Source of the DNA: Chthoniobacter flavus
Lineage (GTDB): Bacteria; Verrucomicrobiota; Verrucomicrobiia; Chthoniobacterales; DYNR01
Length of the DNA stretch: 26,585 bases
Assembly: GCA_020720945.1 (NCBI GenBank)
Contig: DYNR01000001.1
Coordinates: 4,268 to 30,852 of the forward strand
Direction: 5' to 3'
Positions 7,154-16,760 of this stretch are shown here, piece after piece. Under the pieces are notes generated by a model. That model ran no database searches. It was given only the letters and a program-made list of their open reading frames with translations, and was not told where the DNA came from. The stretch's first letter is position 1. Each line of letters begins with the position of its first letter. Position numbers and translations under genes: made by a program.

Positions 7154-8699
7154 ATGCCATCCGACACCAGCGAAAAAGGACTCGAAACCCTGATCATGCG
7201 CCACCTGACCGGGACGGATGGCTTGGTTTCTGACCCAGCGGGAGTCGTCGCCGAGGATGCGCCCGCCAAGGCTGGAAGTCGTTGGTTCGCGGGAAGCCCC
7301 CAAAGTTATGACCGCGAGTTTGCGGTGGATACGGCGCAACTCTTCGCCTTTCTCATGACGACCCAACCGGAGGAATGGGCGAAGTTGGGCATCGCAAATT
7401 ACAAAGACGAGCACGGTATGGCGCGGCAGAAGTTCCTCGCCCGATTGCAGGGGGAAATCACGCGGCGGGGAACGATTGATGTGTTGCGCAAAGGCATCAA
7501 ACACGGGCCGTTGAGCTTCGACCTTTTCTATGGCACGCCGTCGCCGGAGAATGCGAAGGCGGTGGAGCGACACGCGAAAAACCGTTTCAGCATCACGCGG
7601 CAACTCCATTTCAGTCGGGAAAACAAACGCTCGCTGGACTTGTGCGCCTTCATCAACGGACTGCCGCTCATCACCTTTGAACTAAAGAACAGCTTGACCA
7701 AGCAGACGGTCGAGGATGCCATCGAGCAATACAAACGGGACCGCGATCCCCGCGAGACGCTGTTCGCATTTGGCCGCTGTGTCGTTCACTTCGCAGTGGA
7801 CGACCACGAAGTGGCAATGTGCACCGCCCTCAAAGGCAAGGGCGGCACGGCGAAGGACTCATGGTTTCTCCCGTTTAACCAAGGCTGGAACGACGGGGCG
7901 GGCAATCCTCAGCAACGAGACCGACCCAAATAAACTCCACACGCTCAAGGGCGATCTGGACAAGGTGCAGGTTTATTCTCCCGAGCAAATCGACGCGCTG
8001 GTTGAGCTGTATCTTGGAGGAGCCGACCGCGATAAACTCGACCCGATCCTCGACGCCTGCGTGGCTGTTTACATTAACGACCTCGACGAAGACGGGCAGG
8101 TGGATTTCAAAGGGAAAGCGAAGGCATTTACCCGCACCTATGACTTCCTCGCCACGATCCTGCCTTATGGCATCCAAGACTGGGAAAAACTCTCGATCTT
8201 CCTGAACTTCCTCATCCCCAAGCTACCCGCACCGAAGGAGGAAGACCTCGCCAAAGGCATCCTCGAAGCCATTGATATGGACAGCTACCGCGCCGAAAAA
8301 AAAGCGACGATGGCAATCGCGCTGCCTGATGAACCTGGCGTGATTGACCCGGTTCCCGTGTCAGGCGGAGGTCGCAAGCCGGAGCCAGAAATGGACAAAC
8401 TCTCGAACATCGTGAACGAGTTTAACCAGCATTACGCGGGCGGCTACGCGGACCCCGAACGAACGCTCGGACGGATCCACGGCGAGATCCCACAAAAGGT
8501 TTCCGAAGATCAGGCTTACAAAAACGCCAAGCAGAACTCGGACCGGCAGAACGCGAAAATCGAGCATGACAAGGCACTCAAACGAGTAATCACTGCGATG
8601 TTCAAGGACGATGCCCAACTCTTCAAGCAGTTTCAGGACAACGAATCCTTCCGCCATTGGCTGACGGAAACGGTTTTTGGCATGACCTACGAGGAGTAG
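7154..8699 (+). pseudogene. hsdR: Type I R-M restriction subunit R, internally deleted and frameshifted
   Basis: The N-part has SEKGLE, RFSITRQLHFS, DLCAFINGLPLITFELKN and FLPFNQGWNDGAGNP. At about 7905 it jumps to a C-terminal HsdR segment in another frame (ILSNETDPNKLH...FKQFQDNESFRHWL). No Walker A, DEAH or helicase motifs lie between them. Confidence 0.88.
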
Positions 8700-8729
8700 G
8701 AACTAATTTTTGCATAGCGAGTCGATAAC

Positions 8730-8761
8730 AGACGGATTATTAAAAAGTTATCCGTTTTTTC
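8730..8761 (+). terminator. Possible weak intrinsic terminator after hsdR
   Basis: ACGGAT...ATCCGT stem with an AT-rich interior, followed by a T6 run. Confidence 0.4.
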
Positions 8762-8880
8762 TCCACCCCATTTTGTGCGATCTTGGAGCCTGCGAGCAGG
8801 CGCAAAAATTTCTCGAATTGCTTCTCCCTATTGCCAAGAAAAATTTTTTCGGCTAATACACCTCCCTCCTTTTGCCACCA

Positions 8881-9822
8881 ATGAAACACTTTATCCAATT
8901 TGCACCGCTCCCGATGGAACGGGTTTGGGGGGGGCGCGAACTTGCCTCCTTGTTCGGAAAAAAATTGCCAGATGGGGTTCCCGTCGGCGAATCTTGGGAA
9001 ATCGTTGACCGCCCAGAAGCACAAAGCGTCGTCTGCTGCGGCGAATGGGAAGGCAAATCGCTCAACGACCTTTGGAAAAACCACAGGCAAGAAGTGTTTG
9101 GAACGGCCTACGCCAACCACCCTTCGGAACGCTTCCCAGTTTTGGTCAAACTGCTGGACGCAAGGGAAACGCTCTCTGTCCAAGTCCACCCGCCCGCGCA
9201 CCGTGCCGAAGCGCTCCGCGGCGAACCTAAAACGGAAATGTGGTATTTCCTGCGTGCCGATGAAGGGGCGTGCATTTATGCGGGTGTCCAAAATGGCGTG
9301 GATCGCGCGGAGTTTGAACGCCTCCTCGAAAAAGGTGGCGTAGAAAACGCCCTGATCCGCCTACCCGTCAAACCGGGCGAAAGCATTTTCATCCCCAGCG
9401 GCAGACTCCACGCCATCGGTGCCGGAACCGTCATCGCCGAAATCCAACAAAACAGCGACACCACCTACCGCGTGTTTGACTGGAACCGCCTGGGACTGGA
9501 CGGCAAACCGCGGGATTTGCATGTCCAAGAATCACTGGAATCCATTGATTTCGAGGATCATGCACCATCCCTGCAACCCGCCGAACAACCCTTGCTCGCC
9601 GATTGCCCTTACTTCCGCGTAGAAAAGAAAACCCTCTCGGGAAAAAGCTCGCTATCCCTCGGAGAAAAATTCCTTTTGTGGTGCGTAGCTTCCGGCAAAC
9701 TGATCATCGGAGAAGAAGAAATCCCGCCGGGCCATTTCCTCCTTTTGCCCGCAGGAAACTCGTTCGCCATCGATTGCGATAATTGCGAAATTTTAGAAAT
9801 CTCGCTGCCGGCGCAAGGCTGA
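8881..9822 (+). CDS. manA: Type I mannose-6-phosphate isomerase
   Basis: WGG, GESWE, VKLLDARETLSVQVHP, KTEMWY, HAIGAG and EIQQNSDTTYRVFDWNR. ATG 8881 preferred over TTG 8872. Confidence 0.9.
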   Translation: MKHFIQFAPLPMERVWGGRELASLFGKKLPDGVPVGESWEIVDRPEAQSVVCCGEWEGKSLNDLWKNHRQEVFGTAYANHPSERFPVLVKLLDARETLSVQVHPPAHRAEALRGEPKTEMWYFLRADEGACIYAGVQNGVDRAEFERLLEKGGVENALIRLPVKPGESIFIPSGRLHAIGAGTVIAEIQQNSDTTYRVFDWNRLGLDGKPRDLHVQESLESIDFEDHAPSLQPAEQPLLADCPYFRVEKKTLSGKSSLSLGEKFLLWCVASGKLIIGEEEIPPGHFLLLPAGNSFAIDCDNCEILEISLPAQG

Positions 9823-9829
9823 TTTTTTT

Positions 9830-11095
9830 ATGAAAGTAATGGTCGTCGGTAGCGGCGGACGCGAGCAAGCCTTGGCTTGGAAAATCTCTCGCTCTCCGAA
9901 GGTTGAAAAAGTCTTTTGCGTTCCCGGCAACGGGGGCACTCGTCCCCCGGCAGAAAATGTCCCCATCGGCGCTCTGGAAATCGAAAAACTCCGGGACTGG
10001 GCACTGGCAGAAAAAATTGGCCTGGTCGTCATCGGCCCGGACGACGCGCTGGCCCTCGGTGCAGCCGATGTTTTTTCTTCTGCCGGTATCCCGTGCTTCG
10101 GCCCCAAAAAAAATGCCGCCCGCCTGGAGTCATCGAAATCTTTTGCGAAGGATTTCATGCTGCGCCACGGCATCCCTTGCGCGAAGTCCCGTGTTTTCAC
10201 CGACAGCGACGAGGCGCGGGATTACCTTTTGCAGGCGAAGTATCCGCTCGTGGTCAAAGCGGACGGCCTAGCTCTCGGCAAAGGGGTCGTCATCGCGGAA
10301 ACGCCGGAGGAAGCACTCGCCGCGACCGGGAGGATGATGGACGCCAAGGAATTCGGCTCCGCAGGGGAAACCGTTGTCATTGAAGAGTTTTTGCGAGGAA
10401 CCGAATGTTCGATCCACGCCTTTATCGACGGCTCCAGCCACTTGCTTTGCCCTGACGCAAAAGACCACAAACGGGTCGGAGAGGGAGATGAAGGCCCGAA
10501 CACGGGTGGCATGGGCACCATTTCTCCTTCGGGCGCGGTGGACGAAACAATGCTCGCCCGCATCCGCGAAGAAGTCCTCGACCGTTTTGTTTGCGGCCTA
10601 AAAAAAGACGGGCTGGATTACCGCGGGATGCTTTTTCCAGGACTGATGATCACGGAAAACGGCCCCGTGGTTTTGGAGTTCAACTGCCGCTTCGGCGACC
10701 CGGAAACGCAAGTGCTCCTGCGCCGCCTCGAAAGCGACTTGGTGGAAATTTTGCTCGCGACCTGCGAAGGCCGCCTCTCCGAAATCTCCCCGACTTGGAG
10801 TAAAAATGCGGCCGCCTGCATCGTGATGGCATCCGCCGGTTACCCCGGGTCTTACGAAAAAAGCTTGCCGATTGAAGGGATTGACCTCGCGGAAGCTTCT
10901 GGGGACACCGTGGTTTTCCACGCCGGCACCGCATGGAAAAACGGGGAACTTGTCACCAATGGCGGACGCGTCCTCGGCGTCACGGCGACGGGCGAAACCT
11001 TGGAAGACGCGAGACGCAAAGCTTACGCCGCCGTCAACGAAATCCACTTCGACGGATGCTTTTGCCGCAGAGACATCGGCGGAGGAATCCTGTGA
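9830..11095 (+). CDS. purD: Phosphoribosylamine-glycine ligase
   Basis: GSGGRE, PGNGG, LESSKSFAKDFM, VVKADGLALGKGV, GPNTGGMG, EFNCRFGDPETQ and TNGGRVL. Confidence 0.97.
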   Translation: MKVMVVGSGGREQALAWKISRSPKVEKVFCVPGNGGTRPPAENVPIGALEIEKLRDWALAEKIGLVVIGPDDALALGAADVFSSAGIPCFGPKKNAARLESSKSFAKDFMLRHGIPCAKSRVFTDSDEARDYLLQAKYPLVVKADGLALGKGVVIAETPEEALAATGRMMDAKEFGSAGETVVIEEFLRGTECSIHAFIDGSSHLLCPDAKDHKRVGEGDEGPNTGGMGTISPSGAVDETMLARIREEVLDRFVCGLKKDGLDYRGMLFPGLMITENGPVVLEFNCRFGDPETQVLLRRLESDLVEILLATCEGRLSEISPTWSKNAAACIVMASAGYPGSYEKSLPIEGIDLAEASGDTVVFHAGTAWKNGELVTNGGRVLGVTATGETLEDARRKAYAAVNEIHFDGCFCRRDIGGGIL

Positions 11096-12210
11096 CTTCA
11101 CGCACCCTTCCAGCCTTCCTCGCAAGCGCGGCGTTTTGCCTCTCCTGCGCCACAGCCCAAGACGGAAAAAATCTTCCAAACGAACCAGAAAAAATTTCGC
11201 CAAGCCGCCCGCTCCCCGAAACGACATCCCCTGTCCCCCTCGCTCCCGGCGACAAAAAAGGTGCGGTCAACTCTCTCAGCGATTCCCAGCTAGAACAAAC
11301 CATCCAAACGCTGAAGGAAAAATTTGTCACCCCATCGGCCGTCACCGACAAAGAAATGTTGCGGGCAAAACTCGATGGCTTGCTCCTGCGCTTGGGAAAC
11401 GGCGCCTCCCTCGAAGTCGGTGCCCCCGCCGAACAAAAAAAAATCCCCCACCGCTTCTTGGCGGAAGTCATTGACGGGCGCGCCGTTTACATCCGCCTCG
11501 GTGAAGTGAACGCCGATTCTTTGCCGCAAATCGACGCAGTTTTGCTGGGGCTAACCGAAAAAAAAATCTCGGCGGTAATCCTCGATTTGCGCTCCGTCCC
11601 TTACACCCAAGACTTTGAAACCGCAGCGGAAATCGCCCGCCGCTTTTCTCCCAAAGGCAAAGTCCTCTTCCGCCTAGAAAAACCGAGCGCGAAACAGGAA
11701 AGGATTTTCACCGCAAACCAAGACCCGATTGTTTCTGGCGTGCTCGTCGTTTTGACGGACTCGAAAACAGCCGGTGCCGCCGAAGTCGTCGCCTCCGTTT
11801 TGCGCGCCTCCGCCGGCGCGCTAATCATCGGTTCCCCCACGGCAGGGCAACCCGTGGAATTCGCCTCGTTCTCTTTGGGTGACGGCGTGAATCTGCAAGT
11901 CGCCGTCGCCGAAGCCGTCTCTGCCGACAACAGGAAAGCCTTCCCGAACGGGGTGCAACCGGATTTGCTCCTCGCACTGCCGGAAGAGGAGCTAGAAGAA
12001 ATTTTTCGCGCCTCCGCAGAAAGCGGTGTCGGTGATTTCGTGTTTGAAAAAGAACAACCCCGGATGAACGAAGCCGCCCTGATCTCCAACCTCAACCCCG
12101 AGCTGGAAGCGGCTTCTCCAAACGGAGAACAAAAAAAAATCCACTTGATTGACAAAGTGTTACAACGCGCCGTCGATATCGTGACCGCCATGAAATTTCT
12201 CCAAAAATGA
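11092..12210 (+). CDS. Secreted S41 (C-terminal processing) peptidase homolog, catalytic dyad apparently absent (372 aa)
   Basis: GTG start overlaps the purD stop and is followed by a signal-peptide-like N-terminus. YIRLG, ILDLR, TAGAAEV, IIGSPTAG, GVQPD and terminal D.VLQRA segments. Confidence 0.75.
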   Translation: MTSRTLPAFLASAAFCLSCATAQDGKNLPNEPEKISPSRPLPETTSPVPLAPGDKKGAVNSLSDSQLEQTIQTLKEKFVTPSAVTDKEMLRAKLDGLLLRLGNGASLEVGAPAEQKKIPHRFLAEVIDGRAVYIRLGEVNADSLPQIDAVLLGLTEKKISAVILDLRSVPYTQDFETAAEIARRFSPKGKVLFRLEKPSAKQERIFTANQDPIVSGVLVVLTDSKTAGAAEVVASVLRASAGALIIGSPTAGQPVEFASFSLGDGVNLQVAVAEAVSADNRKAFPNGVQPDLLLALPEEELEEIFRASAESGVGDFVFEKEQPRMNEAALISNLNPELEAASPNGEQKKIHLIDKVLQRAVDIVTAMKFLQK

Positions 12211-12785
12211 AAGCTCCCGCACCGAAGAAAGCCGTTTTTTTCGACCGGGACGGGACGCTGATGGACGAAGTGCACTACTGCAACGACCCCGCAAAAGTCC
12301 GCGCCATCCCCGGCGCGCGCGAAGCCTTGCGCACCTTGCGCGAAGCGGGTTTTGCCCGCATCATCATCACCAACCAAAGCGGGATAGCCCGCGGCACGAT
12401 CACGATGGACCAATACCACGCCGTCCAAGCCGAACTGCTCCGCCAGTTAGACGGCGAAATCGACGCCGTCTATTTTTGCCCGGAAACACCAGAAAACGCG
12501 ACGCGCCGAAGGAAGCCGGAGCCCGGCATGGTGGAAGAAGCCTCCGCGGAGTTGGGTCTAGCCACCGCAGGTTCGTGGTTCGTCGGCGACAAAGAAATCG
12601 ACCTCCTCTGCGGGCGCGCCGCCGGCCTTTCCACCGCGCTCGTCCAAACCGGCTACGGGCAAACCAGCGACGAAAACCTGGCAGACCTAATTTGCCCAAC
12701 CGTCGTAGATGCCATCGAAAAAATTTTAGCGAGACCTCTGTTGTCTGTAACTGAGGAACAACGCAGGATGGCTGCAAAAGGATGA
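12207..12785 (+). CDS. gmhB: HAD-IIIA phosphatase, D-glycero-manno-heptose 1,7-bisphosphate phosphatase type
   Basis: FFDRDGTL, ITNQSGIARG, RRKPEPGM and FVGDKEID. Confidence 0.85.
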   Translation: MKAPAPKKAVFFDRDGTLMDEVHYCNDPAKVRAIPGAREALRTLREAGFARIIITNQSGIARGTITMDQYHAVQAELLRQLDGEIDAVYFCPETPENATRRRKPEPGMVEEASAELGLATAGSWFVGDKEIDLLCGRAAGLSTALVQTGYGQTSDENLADLICPTVVDAIEKILARPLLSVTEEQRRMAAKG

Positions 12786-12822
12786 GCAGATTTTGTTTAT
12801 GCTGTTTGTGAACATCTCCTAA

Positions 12823-14010
12823 ATGCAACCGAAAACCGAAAACAACCAAAAGCTCTCCCGCTGGCTCAACCGCGCGTTCTCCGCTCTTCTGGTCGCCGCC
12901 GGCTTCGGGTTTTCCGCCTTCTGGGCTTTCCCCACATTCCTCAAATCCGTTTCCTCCCGCTCTTGGCACGAAGTGCCAGCAAAAATTATCTCCTCGGAAG
13001 TCACCTCTCATTCGGGCAAAAACGGGCGGTCTTACGGGATCGATGTCACTTACGAATATACCTGGCAATCAAAAACATACAAATCAGACCGCTACGATTT
13101 CCTCAATTTTTCTTCGAGCGGAAGAGCCGATAAAGAGGCGGTCGTCCGCTCCCTCCCCGCAGGGAAAACCGTGCCCTGCTGGGTCAATCCGAAAAAACCG
13201 GAAGAGGCGGTGCTCTTTCCCGGCCTCGCCCTCGCCCATCTCGTCTTGCTGCTCCCCTTGGTTTTCTTTGTTGTCGGCTGCCTCTTCTTGATCCGTGGCC
13301 TGGATAAAACTTCCGCCCAAACCGCCCTCGCCCCTCCGGACGAACTCCTTTCGGTTCCTCTCCCGACAAACTTTCTCCACGATGCCTCCCTCCCTCTCGA
13401 ACTCAAACCCGCCCCCGTTTTTTGGAGCACCATCTCGCTCGCCGTTTTCGCCGTCCTGTGGAACTCCTTCGTTGTTTTTCTCCTCCAAGAAACTCTCGCA
13501 AAAAAAAACACGGACTGGCTCCCCTCGCTTTTTTCCGGGATTTTTTTCATTATCGGCATCGTTTTACTCTTCGCTGCACTCCGAAAAATTTTGGCTTTAA
13601 AAAACCCGCGTCCAAGCGTAAGTCTCTATCCACCAAGGGTTCATCCGGGTAGAAAACACGAGATTTCCTGGTCGATGACGGGAGATCCCCACCGGCTTGA
13701 ATCCCTCCGCATCAACCTCCGCTGCGTAAAAATTTCGATCGTCGGCAGCGGGAAACACCGCCGCGCAAAACGCGAAACGCTATTTGAAGAAACCCTCTTC
13801 GATTCCTCTTCACGCCCGGATTTCGCCGCGGGAGACAAACTGGGCTTCACCATGCCAAAAAACGCCCTGTCGAGCGGTGAGGCGGACGGCGGGACTGTCG
13901 TTTGGTTTTTCTCGTTTGAAGGTGCCTTCCCCCGCTGGCCAGACATGAAAGCAGAAATTCCATTTCCCGTTTATTCTTCCCCAAACCCCGTTTCTTTGAC
14001 CCCCGATTAA
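12823..14010 (+). CDS. DUF3592-like integral membrane protein
   Basis: TM helix, then W.EV.A.I..SEV...YEY....Y.SDRY...V.CWVNP..PEEAVL, then further TM helices. Confidence 0.7.
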   Translation: MQPKTENNQKLSRWLNRAFSALLVAAGFGFSAFWAFPTFLKSVSSRSWHEVPAKIISSEVTSHSGKNGRSYGIDVTYEYTWQSKTYKSDRYDFLNFSSSGRADKEAVVRSLPAGKTVPCWVNPKKPEEAVLFPGLALAHLVLLLPLVFFVVGCLFLIRGLDKTSAQTALAPPDELLSVPLPTNFLHDASLPLELKPAPVFWSTISLAVFAVLWNSFVVFLLQETLAKKNTDWLPSLFSGIFFIIGIVLLFAALRKILALKNPRPSVSLYPPRVHPGRKHEISWSMTGDPHRLESLRINLRCVKISIVGSGKHRRAKRETLFEETLFDSSSRPDFAAGDKLGFTMPKNALSSGEADGGTVVWFFSFEGAFPRWPDMKAEIPFPVYSSPNPVSLTPD

Positions 14011-14763
14011 ATGAGCACCGCCCAAACCCCTCCTTCATGGCTCCTGAAGCGAGTGCCCCGCGCCCGCTCGACGAACGACTTGGCCAAAGACCTCGCACCA
14101 TGGCAGGCCATCTCCGCAGAAACGCAGGAGGCGGGACGAGGGCGTTACGGGAGAAAATTCGTTTGTTCCGAAGGCGGGGTTTGGCTCTCGGCGGTCGTCC
14201 CGATCCCAGGAGGCCCCGCCCGTTGGACTGGTCTCGCCCTGGCCGTCGGATGGGGAATCCTCGGTTGGCTGCGCTCCATCCCCGTCGAAGGCGCGCGCCT
14301 ACGCTGGCCAAACGACTTGATGGCAAACCAAAAAAAACTCGGCGGCATCCTGCTCGAACAGTCCTTGCCCGACCGTTGCGTCGTCGGCGTAGGAATCAAC
14401 ATTTTTAACGACCCGGCAACAGATGACCCTGAACTGGAAGGGGTTACAACCTGTTTGAAAGATTGCGCAGGAGATGCCAGCGCCCTGCCCCAGAAGGCGG
14501 AAGAGTGCATCCCTTTCATCTTGGAAGGCATCGCGAACGGATGGAAAAAAATGCACGACGCCGGGCTGGAAGGGATGACGGATGCCCTCAACGAATCATG
14601 GGGCGGAAAAAAACGGGTGGAAATCCGCCCTGTCGATGGTGCTCCCGTCTGCGGAGAAATGGTCGGCATTGACACCGAAGGCGCGATCGTGGTCGCCCTG
14701 CCCGACGGCGGGGGGCGTTCGTTTCCCGCGCACTGGATCGAACGGATGGTGGAGCTATCCTGA
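14011..14763 (+). CDS. birA: Biotin-[acetyl-CoA carboxylase] ligase (no N-terminal HTH)
   Basis: STND, QEAGRGRYGR, RWPND, KLGGILLE and GVGINI. Confidence 0.85.
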   Translation: MSTAQTPPSWLLKRVPRARSTNDLAKDLAPWQAISAETQEAGRGRYGRKFVCSEGGVWLSAVVPIPGGPARWTGLALAVGWGILGWLRSIPVEGARLRWPNDLMANQKKLGGILLEQSLPDRCVVGVGINIFNDPATDDPELEGVTTCLKDCAGDASALPQKAEECIPFILEGIANGWKKMHDAGLEGMTDALNESWGGKKRVEIRPVDGAPVCGEMVGIDTEGAIVVALPDGGGRSFPAHWIERMVELS

Positions 14764-14774
14764 CCCCTGCGGCC

Positions 14775-16751
14775 CTACTTCGGAAAAAACTCCGTTTGCG
14801 CCAAGACTTCGGCAAAAGGGACATCCCGCAGCATCCCAAATTCATCCATGCGAGAAAGGCGGTCTCGGGTCGCCGCCGGGCTGCTGATCCCGCACAGGAA
14901 CCTCGCAAGCTGGCGGGCGGAACGCAATGCGGGCAACTTCTTGTCGTGCAGTTCCCGGACGACCCGCAACTCATCCAAAGAGATTTCTTTGTGCGGGGAT
15001 TGCGGGATGACGACCTTCCCGCCCTTCGGGTTCAAACAATTCCCGCAGTGCCCGCAAGGGGCTTCCGGCTTTTCCCCGAAGTAGCGCAAAAGGTGGTTCA
15101 CCGTGCAAGAGGAGTCCGAAAATAAATCGATAACCTGTTGCAGGCGAAGGAGTTCCATTTTCTCTCGCCTCTGAAAAACGGCGTGCATTTCCTCGGCTAT
15201 CTCGCGGGGAACCCGCCCTCGCGCACCCGGAAGCAGGCGGAACTTGTGCCTGGAGCCCGATGGCTGAATTTCTATGTCCCCCATCTCTTCGAGGTAGCGG
15301 AGCGCTTTTTGTATCCGCTCTTGCGTCTCGCCTATTTTTTCTGCCGCTTCCGCAAGATCCAGCGTCAGCCACTTCGGCCCCCTCTTGCCGGCGGAAAACA
15401 ACTTCTCCAAAAACACCTTCCTCCGCGGGTTGTGCCCGGCGAGGATCCGCGCCTCGGAATGCCGGAACCCGATTTTGTAAGTGGAGTAAAAAGAGCCGAG
15501 CGGTTCGAGAACGCCGTCCAGTTCCAGATAGGTGAGAACCGTTTCGAGAACGAGAGGACGGATGTCGGTGACGCGGGACAAATCGTAGCGGCTGATGTCG
15601 AACTCGTCGCCTTGCCGCAACAAGTGGTCGAGCAAAGAACAGATCGCCTGTTCGCCTGGCGTATCCCCAAAAATAAAGTTTTGGAGCGGGACCAAGTCAT
15701 CGGCGCAAGCCAGCGCCTCGCAATGCGCGGGCTTCCCGTCCCTGCCGGAACGCCCGATCTCTTGCTGGTAGTTCTCCAGCGTTTTCGGCAAGTTGAAATG
15801 ATAGACCGAGCGGATGTCGGCTTTATCGATTCCCATCCCAAAAGCGATCGTCGCCACGATGACATCGATCTCCCCCCGCATGAACCGGTTTTGGGTTTCC
15901 GAGCGGACCTCGTCCCCCAACCCCGCATGGTAGGCGCGGGCGCGGATTCCCGCGCGAGAAAGCGTCCCTGCCAGCGTTTCCGTCGTTTCTTGAAAAGTTG
16001 CGTAAACAATTGCAGGAAAACGCTTTTCGGACGATAGGAGGGACACCAACAACGCCGTCCGCTCCGCCGCACGGACGGGCGTGATGTGCAAAGAAAGGTT
16101 GGGGCGATGAAACGGGGTCTGCACGAAATGCTCTTTTGCGATGCGGAACTGCTTCCGGATTTCTTCCACCACGGGAGGGGTTGCGGTCGCCGTGAGCGCG
16201 AGCACGCGCGGGACCCGCAACTTTTTCGCCATTTTCGCCAAGCGCAAATACTCGGGACGAAAATTGTGCCCCCATTCCGATATGCAGTGCGACTCGTCGA
16301 TCGCGAGCAAAGAAATCTCGGTTTTTTTCAAACGGAGCGTGAACCGCTCATTCAAAAACCGTTCTGGCGCAACATACAACAGCTTGATGCGCCCCGATTC
16401 CATCCCGTCAAAAACCGCTCGGGTTTCTTCTTCCGACAATGTGGAATCGAGGCGCGCCGCCGCGTGCCCGCGCGCGAGAAGCGCGTCAACCTGGTCTTTC
16501 ATCAAGGCGATGAGCGGAGACACCACCACCGTCAAACCAGGCAACAAAATGCCGGGAAGCTGATAGCAAATGGACTTTCCGCCGCCGGTCGGAAACAGCG
16601 CAAGCGACGAAAAACCGTCCAGCAAAGCACGGATGACCCTTTCCTGCCCCGGCAAAAACGCACGGTGCCCGAAGTGCTCAAAAAGCGGGGCGGACAAATC
16701 GGAGCCGCGCAGAAACGGCTCCGCACCATCAGCTATCGCAACCTCTTCCAC
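14775..16751 (-). CDS. recQ: RecQ-family ATP-dependent DNA helicase
   Basis: PTGGGKSICYQLP, VSPLIALMKDQV, IDESHCISEWGHNFRP, ATIAFGMGIDK, YQQEIGRSGRDG and a CGHCGNC zinc motif. Confidence 0.93.
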   Translation of the reverse strand: MEEVAIADGAEPFLRGSDLSAPLFEHFGHRAFLPGQERVIRALLDGFSSLALFPTGGGKSICYQLPGILLPGLTVVVSPLIALMKDQVDALLARGHAAARLDSTLSEEETRAVFDGMESGRIKLLYVAPERFLNERFTLRLKKTEISLLAIDESHCISEWGHNFRPEYLRLAKMAKKLRVPRVLALTATATPPVVEEIRKQFRIAKEHFVQTPFHRPNLSLHITPVRAAERTALLVSLLSSEKRFPAIVYATFQETTETLAGTLSRAGIRARAYHAGLGDEVRSETQNRFMRGEIDVIVATIAFGMGIDKADIRSVYHFNLPKTLENYQQEIGRSGRDGKPAHCEALACADDLVPLQNFIFGDTPGEQAICSLLDHLLRQGDEFDISRYDLSRVTDIRPLVLETVLTYLELDGVLEPLGSFYSTYKIGFRHSEARILAGHNPRRKVFLEKLFSAGKRGPKWLTLDLAEAAEKIGETQERIQKALRYLEEMGDIEIQPSGSRHKFRLLPGARGRVPREIAEEMHAVFQRREKMELLRLQQVIDLFSDSSCTVNHLLRYFGEKPEAPCGHCGNCLNPKGGKVVIPQSPHKEISLDELRVVRELHDKKLPALRSARQLARFLCGISSPAATRDRLSRMDEFGMLRDVPFAEVLAQTEFFPK

Positions 16752-16760
16752 GCCAAGCGA

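Larger units (their letters stand above)
370..8699 (+). other. Defence island: type I R-M operon with embedded accessory genes
   Basis: Co-oriented hsdM, DUF1016, hsdS, kinase, DUF3037 and hsdR. No integrase, transposase or tRNA seen in the window. Confidence 0.9.

Noticed and set aside
7716-7933. Programmed frameshift joining the two hsdR ORFs
   Set aside because: No slippery site at the junction, and even a fused product would lack all helicase motifs. A deletion explains it better.
8832-8860. TTGCCA-N16-TAATAC as the manA promoter
   Set aside because: The -10 match is poor and cannot be supported without TSS data.
276-8880. Island as an integrative mobile element with att sites
   Set aside because: No integrase, transposase or tRNA, and no matching direct repeats found by eye between 276-369 and 8700-8880.
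13500-13508. A9 tract in the DUF3592 gene (also A9 near 26253) as a phase-variation switch
   Set aside because: Poly-A runs are frequent throughout the host region and both frames are intact.
14302-14316. RWPND instead of KWPND in BirA
   Set aside because: Conservative change. The catalytic KxxGIL lysine and the GRGR loop are intact.
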